Sequence record: NC_054919.1
Direction: 5' to 3' (one strand)
Source of the DNA: Escherichia phage vB_EcoM_G4507
DNA: 64,000 nucleotides
This document shows, one piece after another, positions 57,479 to 64,000 of this stretch. A program made the translations under genes and the position numbers. The notes under the pieces were generated by a model. The model did not search any database. It was given only the letters and a program-made list of their open reading frames with translations, and was not told the origin of the DNA. Within the stretch, counting starts at the first letter, position 1. Each line of letters starts with the position of its first letter.

Positions 57479-57804
57479 TTAAACCATCCTTTAATACGTT
57501 GCCACAAAGTTTTCTGCTGAGCTTTGTTAACACCAATTGAACGAATAACCGGTTGAGATTCCTGGAATTCTTTATAATCGGCAAGGTAAATTTCGTAAGC
57601 TGCATCCGTAAATGAACTTATCGCTGCCATAAAATTATTGCGAATACCTACTGGAGCATCTTTACTTTCACGAATAATCATGTATTTACCAGTCTTAATC
57701 TTTACGATAGTTCCAAGATAAGCTCCATGGTACCAAATATCCCAACCCTCTTGAGTAGGTTCTGCGCAACGACGAAGTTCATTAACAATTTCTAACTTGT
57801 TCAT
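57475..57804 (-). CDS. Hypothetical protein (motA.1 position)
   Basis: 109-aa ORF immediately after motA. Confidence 0.55.
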   Translation of the reverse strand: MNKLEIVNELRRCAEPTQEGWDIWYHGAYLGTIVKIKTGKYMIIRESKDAPVGIRNNFMAAISSFTDAAYEIYLADYKEFQESQPVIRSIGVNKAQQKTLWQRIKGWFK

Positions 57805-57814
57805 TATTTATTCC

Positions 57815-58450
57815 TCACAGTTCAGATGCTACAGTGATTACAGCTTCAATGTTTTCTGCCGAGCGTTTAATGTCAAGATACACATTACCGTTTTTAGCGA
57901 TTTTACATGACATTCCGATATCAGTAAATTTCTGAATATGATGTTCCATCATTTTGTATCCAAAAATTCGCATATTTCCATTGTTGTTAATTTCAAAATT
58001 ACGAATTCCGTGAGTACGTTTTTCTAAAATAGCGAGATAGTTACTGCGGTAAGTTTCAACCTTTTTAAGAACAAATCCATTTTCATCTAAAAGTTTTAAC
58101 ATGAGGTCTTTATCTTCTTCCATATCGGAAGTAATCTCACGAGCTTTACGAGTTGCTCGTTTTTTCAGCAGTTCCGGAGCATTTTCCTGTGCGTATAAAG
58201 TTGCTGCATTTGAAATAATATCCTGAGCTTCACCTGTAATGATTAATCCATCACCAGATTTCTCCACCAGGCCTTTTTTAATCAATACCCCAATATTACT
58301 ATTAACTACTGCGTTACCTAAATCTGGATGCACCTCACGAACTTCTGCAGCTGTAATGAAATCTTTCTTAGCAATGGTAATTAAAATCGCAGCAGTTTTT
58401 TCATTCAGAACATCGTTAGAAGCTTTGATGATGTAAGTTACTTTAGACAT
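57815..58450 (-). CDS. motA: Middle-mode transcription activator MotA
   Basis: 211 aa, same length as T4 MotA; N-terminus MSKVTYIIKASNDVLNEKTAAILITIAKKDFITAAEVREVHPDL. Confidence 0.9.
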   Translation of the reverse strand: MSKVTYIIKASNDVLNEKTAAILITIAKKDFITAAEVREVHPDLGNAVVNSNIGVLIKKGLVEKSGDGLIITGEAQDIISNAATLYAQENAPELLKKRATRKAREITSDMEEDKDLMLKLLDENGFVLKKVETYRSNYLAILEKRTHGIRNFEINNNGNMRIFGYKMMEHHIQKFTDIGMSCKIAKNGNVYLDIKRSAENIEAVITVASEL

Positions 58451-58480
58451 TTTCTAATCTCCGTAATTCTGTATCAGTAG

Positions 58481-58521
58481 TTGATAGTTGTATAGTACCA
58501 CAGTATGCTTTGGTTGTAAAC
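58481..58521 (-). promoter_or_regulatory. Early promoter for motA (GTTTAC, 18 nt, TACTAT)
   Basis: Minus strand GTTTACAACCAAAGCATACTGTGGTACTATACAACTATCAACTAC; coordinates approximate. Confidence 0.5.
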
Positions 58522-58553
58522 CGTTTTGTGAAAAAATTTTTGAAATAAAAAAA

Positions 58554-58573
58554 GGGAGAGCCGAGGCTCTCCC
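58554..58573. terminator. Hairpin gggagagc-cgag-gctctccc
   Basis: 8-bp stem flanked by A-run and T-run. Confidence 0.6.
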
Positions 58574-58578
58574 TAAAA

Positions 58579-58728
58579 TTACTGCATGACTGTGATAACT
58601 GTCATGATAACACGTTGAATTCCGAACGCAAGAAGACCTCCTGCTACGGCTGGAACAACGCCTAAACCCGCCAGTAAAATGCTACCAGATACTAATGCAG
58701 CGCTTGTAATACCAATGAATGGACTCAT
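58579..58728 (-). CDS. Small hydrophobic membrane peptide (52.1 position), 49 aa
   Basis: Hand-translated MSPFIGITSAALVSGSILLAGLGVVPAVAGGLLAFGIQRVIMTVITVMQ; start overlaps gene 52 stop (ATGA). Confidence 0.45.
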   Translation of the reverse strand: MSPFIGITSAALVSGSILLAGLGVVPAVAGGLLAFGIQRVIMTVITVMQ

Positions 58729-60053
58729 TTAATTTCCTCTAAATCTTTGGTGTATTCAGTAACTACATCAGTAGTTTTCCAATATTCGTTTTCTTCTTTT
58801 TTAGCTTTAGCTTCTTCAGCAAGTTTCTTTGCTTCGTCGGAAGTCATATGAAAAATATTCATTCCAACTAGTTTATCAACATAAGAAGAATACATATCGA
58901 TTTTCGAAAGTTCTTCGGTCAGTTCTTTACGAGTTTTACCCTGTACAACAATTTCACCTGAAATTACTTTCTTAATGAAATGTGCCTTGGCAAAGGCTAA
59001 ACGAAAAGCTGACTCAGTTTCTTTAATTTTGTTATCAATTCGTTTTTGGACATAAGTTTTACGAACTTCGACGAAGTCTTTGATTAAATCAACTACGTTA
59101 TCGTAAACTTGTAGCTTTCCTTTCTCATTAATAACTGTAATATTCTGGGAACGACGCTCAATCAACCCGAAGTCTTTCATAATTTTTGCATGACGTTCTT
59201 CTTCATTATCGCTCAAAGAATATTCTTTGCGGAATTTAACTTTAAAGCCGAAGCCGTGCTCACCACAAGCATCATCCCATGTAATGAAGCCTTTATCTTC
59301 AAGCGGGTCTAAGATTTTACTCACATAAGTTTCACGATCATACTTATACGGAATCTCAGTGATATGCATTTGAGTTCGTGAAGTAAACTTGTACGTTCCA
59401 CGAATTTCATATTGACCGTCAATCTCAACGACTTCACCACGAAATTCTGGGAATTCTACCTTCGGTTTAGTTACTTTCTTTCCTTGAAGAGCTTGCAGTA
59501 CAGCTTTCTTAACAGAAGAAACACTATGAGGAAGAATGTAAGTTGCATAACCAGTTGCAATACCGGAAACGCCATTAAGAAGAACAGTAGGAATAATAGG
59601 CAAATAGAAAGCAGGCGGAATGTGTTCTTTATCTTGATGTACCGGAGCATATTCAGTATCTTTATATACGTTATAGAAATTTTTACTTACACGAGCAAAA
59701 ATATAACGACTTGCTGCTGCCTTTTGGACAGTACGAGAACCGAAGTTTCCTTGACCATCTAACAAAGGAAAGTTATTATTCCAAGTATTAGCCATCAAAG
59801 CGCCTGCGTCTTGTGCAGAGTTTTCGCCATGGTGATATCCAAGGTCCGCTACACCACCTGCAATAGAAGCGAGTTTGTGAAACTTATCTTTATTTCCTCG
59901 TGCCAAATCAAGAGCTCGAGCAATAACAAATCGTTGAACTGGCTTAAATCCATCAATCATATTTGGGATAGCACGATTTTCAACCGTGTACATAGCATAA
60001 GCCAATGCTTCATTATCAATGATACTTTTTAAATCGCGATTATTCAGTTGCAT
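58725..60053 (-). CDS. 52: DNA topoisomerase II medium subunit gp52
   Basis: 442 aa, same length as T4 gp52; MQLNNRDLKSIIDNEALAYAMYTVENRAIPNMIDGFKPVQRFV. Confidence 0.95.
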   Translation of the reverse strand: MQLNNRDLKSIIDNEALAYAMYTVENRAIPNMIDGFKPVQRFVIARALDLARGNKDKFHKLASIAGGVADLGYHHGENSAQDAGALMANTWNNNFPLLDGQGNFGSRTVQKAAASRYIFARVSKNFYNVYKDTEYAPVHQDKEHIPPAFYLPIIPTVLLNGVSGIATGYATYILPHSVSSVKKAVLQALQGKKVTKPKVEFPEFRGEVVEIDGQYEIRGTYKFTSRTQMHITEIPYKYDRETYVSKILDPLEDKGFITWDDACGEHGFGFKVKFRKEYSLSDNEEERHAKIMKDFGLIERRSQNITVINEKGKLQVYDNVVDLIKDFVEVRKTYVQKRIDNKIKETESAFRLAFAKAHFIKKVISGEIVVQGKTRKELTEELSKIDMYSSYVDKLVGMNIFHMTSDEAKKLAEEAKAKKEENEYWKTTDVVTEYTKDLEEIK

Positions 60054-60190
60054 AAATTTACCATACTAGTGAATGTAGTGCCATAATAACATCAGAAATG
60101 AAAAGCACGACTTGAATTAATCCGAACATTATTCCGTAATATAACGCTATCAATAAAATAGCAAGGGCTAATGAATAGCCCAAGATTTTC

Positions 60191-60346
60191 TTAATCATTA
60201 GATAACAACACAAATGTTAAATATGCACACATACCTTGGGCTAAAGCCTGCGAAAACACACTGCTGGCATCGATACAGATAGTTAAAACACATGCTACTA
60301 TCCAACAAATAAATGAAATAACTCCTAATAATTTTGCGATATTCAT
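60191..60346 (-). CDS. ac: Ac (acriflavine sensitivity) small membrane protein, 51 aa
   Basis: Hand-translated MNIAKLLGVISFICWIVACVLTICIDASSVFSQALAQGMCAYLTFVLLSND; position between 52 and stp as in T4; coordinates approximate. Confidence 0.45.
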   Translation of the reverse strand: MNIAKLLGVISFICWIVACVLTICIDASSVFSQALAQGMCAYLTFVLLSND

Positions 60347-60353
60347 ATTTTCC

Positions 60354-60434
60354 TCACTGGCGTCCGAAGACGCCTTTAGTTTTAAGATTATTACGATAGA
60401 ACTGCATCACGTGTTCGTTGTGGAAATTACTCAT
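60354..60434 (-). CDS. stp: Stp peptide, 26 aa (activator of the host PrrC anticodon nuclease)
   Basis: Hand-translated [26 protein letters not shown], matching remembered T4 Stp; start overlaps ndd stop. Confidence 0.7.
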
Positions 60435-60892
60435 TAATATGCCTGCAAAACGAATTTAAAATTATCAGCCAACATACGGTTCATTTCTTCAAGTGTTTGA
60501 TACTCAGAATGATGATTACGAGTAAACGCTAAAGCTAACTGTCCTTTTCCAAATCCCGTCGTCAGAGGTTTCATCTTAGAAGCAGGCAGATAAAATACTG
60601 TGTATGGAACATTGTTATTTGCAATAGTACGTGCAAGCTGAGACCGACGTTGACGAATATGACTTAGAACTGCACTGAATCCTTGCTTAGAACGCTGATT
60701 ACCTACATAAAATCGTGCAGACACACATGGATTACTAAATGGACGACCATCTAATTTACTTACTAAAAAGTAAAATCCAGGTTTAGACAAAATGTCTTTG
60801 TGCGGAGTTCCCAAAAACCACTCACCGCCCTTGATTGTACCAATAACAGTAGCGCCTGCGTTATTCAGATCAGTAACAGTCATATATTTCAT
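60434..60892 (-). CDS. ndd: Ndd nucleoid disruption protein
   Basis: About 152 aa from the internal ATG preceded by AGAGGAAATTAAT; [23 protein letters not shown]...; T4 Ndd is 151 aa. Confidence 0.75.
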
Positions 60893-60950
60893 ATTAATTT
60901 CCTCTAAATTATTTTCTACTCCAAGGCCGCATGAATACGCGGCCATTAAA

Positions 60951-61166
60951 TTAATCGTCGCAGTCGACGCTCAATTCCCAAAACTCTTCTACAGTATAAG
61001 TTTCAGTATCATTTTCAATACAGAAACGTTCATTACTATTATTTGCTAAAGTAGCATTAACTGTCGGTTTCTCGCCAGTGCTCTTAAGAGGTGAAATACG
61101 AATTAACTGATCACCATTATCTAAACAAAAAATTTCACCAACTTTTACATCTTTAAAGATTTTCAT
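60951..61166 (-). CDS. Hypothetical protein (ndd.1 region)
   Basis: 71-aa ORF. Confidence 0.5.
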   Translation of the reverse strand: MKIFKDVKVGEIFCLDNGDQLIRISPLKSTGEKPTVNATLANNSNERFCIENDTETYTVEEFWELSVDCDD

Positions 61167-61281
61167 AATTCACCTCAGGGAGTATAAAACCCAAATGCAG
61201 TTGTTGACCATCCCATCCAATATGGGAAATTTGCACCAATGTAAAACATAAGAATATAAAACCAAATGTTTAGTAAATTCA

Positions 61282-61500
61282 TCATTTTACACCATTCCAA
61301 ATTGTTTCAACTACGGATTTTAAACCATTTTGATGAATATCAATTCCGACTACTGTCATCAAATAGATTCCAACTACAACTGAACCTAAGGCAAAAATCA
61401 GCATGAAAATGAATAAAGCCGGAAAAATATTATCGAAAAACCATTCAATAAATGTAAAAGCACTGCATTTACGCTTCATATTTTCCTCACATAAATCCAA
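61282..61500 (-). CDS. Small membrane protein, two predicted transmembrane helices
   Basis: 72 aa; hydrophobic stretches IFPALFIFMLIFALGSVVVGIYLMTVVGI. Confidence 0.5.
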   Translation of the reverse strand: MDLCEENMKRKCSAFTFIEWFFDNIFPALFIFMLIFALGSVVVGIYLMTVVGIDIHQNGLKSVVETIWNGVK

Positions 61501-61600
61501 AGTAAACGTTTAATACATCAATCATTAAAACGATTGGGAATATACTCAAAACTATTAGTATTATAACTACATTCCATATAGCTTTAATAATCTTTTTCAT
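61487..61600 (-). CDS. Small hydrophobic peptide, 37 aa
   Basis: Internal ATG after GGAGGAACAGAAA; MKKIIKAIWNVVIILIVLSIFPIVLMIDVLNVYFGFM. Confidence 0.4.
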   Translation of the reverse strand: MKKIIKAIWNVVIILIVLSIFPIVLMIDVLNVYFGFM

Positions 61601-61617
61601 TTTCTGTTCCTCCGTAG

Positions 61618-61658
61618 TTGATAGGGTAATAGTACCACGGAAGAACAGTCTTGTAAAC
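61618..61658 (-). promoter_or_regulatory. Early promoter GTTTAC, 18 nt, TACTAT
   Basis: Minus strand GTTTACAAGACTGTTCTTCCGTGGTACTATTACCCTATCAACTAC; coordinates approximate. Confidence 0.45.
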
Positions 61659-61843
61659 AACTTTTTTAAAAATATTCGTAATAAATGTGAATACCAACTA
61701 CTACCGCTGAAACCTGTGCAACCCACCACGCACAAGCAATAAGTACAGAATTCAAAATTTTCATAATAACCTCATCACAAAAGTAAATGTTAAACAAATT
61801 ACTGGAATACTAATTAACCAAACAAAACACCACCACAGTGAAC

Positions 61844-62107
61844 TCATAGTTCAATCTCAGCGATTTTCATTTCATTATTGTTAATAGCATTTTTAAGACT
61901 ATCCGAAAGAATTACATTCCAGTGGTCATTCATATGACCATTAACTAAGCGTGTAATTTCTTCGGGAGTTGAAAAATAAGGCGTATCAGACTCCCAATGC
62001 GATAATCCTAAGCGAGTATAAATCATACCTTCATCATCGCTAGAATATTCAACTGACACAAACTCATCAGTTATTTTATGCTTAGCATAATAAAATTTAA
62101 ATTTCAT
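61844..62107 (-). CDS. Hypothetical protein (ndd.6 region)
   Basis: 87 aa from the internal ATG after GGAGAGTAAA; preceded by early promoter. Confidence 0.45.
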   Translation of the reverse strand: MKFKFYYAKHKITDEFVSVEYSSDDEGMIYTRLGLSHWESDTPYFSTPEEITRLVNGHMNDHWNVILSDSLKNAINNNEMKIAEIEL

Positions 62108-62130
62108 TTTACTCTCCAAATCAGTATCAG

Positions 62131-62171
62131 TTGATAGTTGTATAGTACCACGGTCCTTGTGGTATGTAAAC
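62131..62171 (-). promoter_or_regulatory. Early promoter GTTTAC, 18 nt, TACTAT
   Basis: Minus strand GTTTACATACCACAAGGACCGTGGTACTATACAACTATCAACTG; coordinates approximate. Confidence 0.45.
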
Positions 62172-62187
62172 TGTTTTGTGAAATTTT

Positions 62188-62745
62188 TTAAATGGAAAGA
62201 TACCATCCGTTGTAGTTGCTTTTTCTTACAACCTTACGAAGGTCTTCTCTGTCACCGATGAACTTCGGAGTGTACTGGATGACACCTGGATGAATTTCTT
62301 TAGTGTTGAATATAATTATACAGTCAGCGACTTGATGATTTAGAATGGGCCCTAGATTTATTCCAGAACCGTATGGATACTCTCCGCTGCATCCTGTTGT
62401 TACAGAAATCCAACGTGAGTCAGTTTGATGTGTCTTAACTTCTACACGAAGCCCGCAGTATTTTGGATGCGCCAATACATCCCATGCATATGTGTACGGA
62501 TCATCGACATCTTCTTGACCTTTGTTAACATACCCGCTCAGCCAATCTGCTACAAAAAACTCTGCGTACACAGCGATACGGCATCTTTCGATAACTTCTG
62601 CCTTATCCTGATTTGGGTTTTGTTTTAAAGAGTATCTTGCAGTATCAGCAATTTTGACCTTCATTTCACTGGTCAAGTCACTGTTCGATAGGGTAAATGA
62701 CGGAATCTGAAATAGTCTCTGTAGCCCAGGATTCGTTTTCTGCAT
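62188..62745 (-). CDS. denB: Endonuclease IV (DenB), cytosine-DNA-specific ssDNA endonuclease
   Basis: 185 aa, same length as T4 DenB; position between rIIB and ndd. Confidence 0.7.
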   Translation of the reverse strand: MQKTNPGLQRLFQIPSFTLSNSDLTSEMKVKIADTARYSLKQNPNQDKAEVIERCRIAVYAEFFVADWLSGYVNKGQEDVDDPYTYAWDVLAHPKYCGLRVEVKTHQTDSRWISVTTGCSGEYPYGSGINLGPILNHQVADCIIIFNTKEIHPGVIQYTPKFIGDREDLRKVVRKSNYNGWYLSI

Positions 62746-62810
62746 TTAAACTTTCCTTTATGTCGGAATCACTGATATTCATATAAATCATAATTTCTCT
62801 TAAAACAAAA

Positions 62811-62822
62811 GGGCCGAAGCCC
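62811..62822. terminator. Hairpin gggcc-ga-agccc, copy A of a flanking 20-nt repeat
   Basis: aagggccgaagcccttattt is identical to the sequence at about 63037-63056. Confidence 0.5.
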
Positions 62823-62827
62823 TTATT

Positions 62828-63022
62828 TTATTTGAATTGTGCAATTCTTTTCTCTAAACAGTCAGCATAAGATTTCATTGAGATAAACTGCGAAAGTAAT
62901 AGTTCTTGCTCAACTGCGTTAACTGTTAGAAATTTTGCGCTTTCTAAAAATTTACTCAGTGCATTAATTTTGAGCATTAATTGATCGTATTCTTCTTTTA
63001 CTCGTGCTTGATAACCTAACAT
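62828..63022 (-). CDS. Hypothetical small helical protein between rIIB and denB
   Basis: 64-aa ORF bracketed by identical hairpin repeats. Confidence 0.5.
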   Translation of the reverse strand: MLGYQARVKEEYDQLMLKINALSKFLESAKFLTVNAVEQELLLSQFISMKSYADCLEKRIAQFK

Positions 63023-63038
63023 AATTTTCCTTAGTTAA

Positions 63039-63050
63039 GGGCCGAAGCCC
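63039..63050. terminator. Hairpin gggcc-ga-agccc, copy B of the flanking repeat
   Basis: Same 20-nt unit as at 62809-62828. Confidence 0.5.
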
Positions 63051-63989
63051 TTATTTAAATTGTTCAGTAACGTCTTCAACTACTTCGTATTGGCAGGTAC
63101 GCATTTTAGCATCGTTGTAATCAATCGGAATTGATACTACATCGCGAGGATGAACTTTAACTTTTACGACTCGGCTGGTTGAACTGCCAAAGTGACGAAT
63201 ATAAGATTTAGAACACACATGCAGACCACGAGAACAAGTTTGTGTATCATCGTCATTCACACGAGTACGCGGCATTTTAACTACTTTACCAGGACTGTTA
63301 TCAAAGGTGTTTGAGTGACAGTCAAAGTAGTTGTCACGAACTACTTTCCAAGCATAGAAGTAACCATCTTCTGTAATTTCAATATCGTTTGCTACCAAGA
63401 AATCAAAGAGTCGAGATACCGCTTTCTGGCTTGGGTTTTCCAGCAGATTTTCCAAGAACGGAAAATAAAATTCAAAGTTTTCGCCTTTTTCCATCGAGTC
63501 AAGAATACGATCAACCAAACCAGATCGCAATTCAATATTTTGATAGAACAAGCTTCCACCTTCAATTCGAACATCGCCAGAAATATATTTTTCAACAGCG
63601 CGCCGAACATTAATTTTTTGCGCAGCTTCTTCCAGCTTATCCGCTACAAGCAGATTAAGAATTTCCTGGAAGTTTGAATGAGTATTAGGAGTTGCGTTAT
63701 AAGTTACACCGTCAACAGTAATTGAAATGAATTTTTTAGATGCATTCCAAATAATGTCAGATTTAGCAACTGGAGCAATAACTGCATCGCTATTAACTTT
63801 AACTGTAATATCACCGCTAATAGTAACTTTAGGGCGTTTAGCTTCTTCAGCATTTTTCAAAACACGACGGATTGTGTCAACCGATACACCTTGCCAATCA
63901 GCCAATTCCTGCTGAGTGTAATTACCACTTGAATACAATTTAACAATTTCAGCTTGTTCGTTTTTGGTCAGGCATTTAATATTGTACAT
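63051..63989 (-). CDS. rIIB: rIIB membrane-associated protein (rapid lysis / Rex exclusion phenotype)
   Basis: 312 aa, same length as T4 RIIB; N-terminus MYNIKCLTKNEQAEIVKLYSSGNYTQQELADWQGVS. Confidence 0.95.
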   Translation of the reverse strand: MYNIKCLTKNEQAEIVKLYSSGNYTQQELADWQGVSVDTIRRVLKNAEEAKRPKVTISGDITVKVNSDAVIAPVAKSDIIWNASKKFISITVDGVTYNATPNTHSNFQEILNLLVADKLEEAAQKINVRRAVEKYISGDVRIEGGSLFYQNIELRSGLVDRILDSMEKGENFEFYFPFLENLLENPSQKAVSRLFDFLVANDIEITEDGYFYAWKVVRDNYFDCHSNTFDNSPGKVVKMPRTRVNDDDTQTCSRGLHVCSKSYIRHFGSSTSRVVKVKVHPRDVVSIPIDYNDAKMRTCQYEVVEDVTEQFK

Positions 63990-64000
63990 AATTTTCCTTA

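Overview
This window is a contiguous segment of a T-even (T4-like, Tequatrovirus-type) coliphage genome, running from the head vertex gene 24 to rIIB. Gene order and protein sizes match the T4 map closely: 24, rnlB, hoc, inh, segD, uvsW, uvsY, baseplate genes 25-26-51-27-28-29-48-54, alt, DNA ligase 30, rIII, 31, cd, pseT, alc, rnlA, denA, nrdB, nrdA, td (split by a 1016-nt group I intron carrying I-TevI), frd, 32, 59, 33, dsbA, rnh, tail-fiber genes 34-35-36-37-38, t, asiA, arn, motA, 52, ac, stp, ndd, denB, rIIB. All identifications are from reading the translated ORFs and DNA motifs and comparing to remembered T4 proteins; no database search was run. It is not T4 itself: nrdB is uninterrupted (no intron), there is no segG between 32 and 59, gp38 is the T2-type glycine-rich adhesin, Hoc carries one extra Ig-like domain, and gp37 ends in a chaperone-like C-terminal domain. 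Regulatory signals are typical T-even: TATAAATA late promoters, extended GTTTAC(-35)/TAnnnT(-10) early promoters and many GC-clamped tetraloop hairpin terminators. I found no CRISPR array, tRNA or rRNA. The most unusual items are a 115-aa ORF of unknown function inserted between frd and td, two tandem full-length Alt-family ADP-ribosyltransferase paralogs, a NADAR/YbiA-like protein beside a HAD-like hydrolase, and a small ORF between rIIB and denB flanked by identical 20-nt hairpin repeats. None of these is confirmed as a new system; each needs the checks listed.
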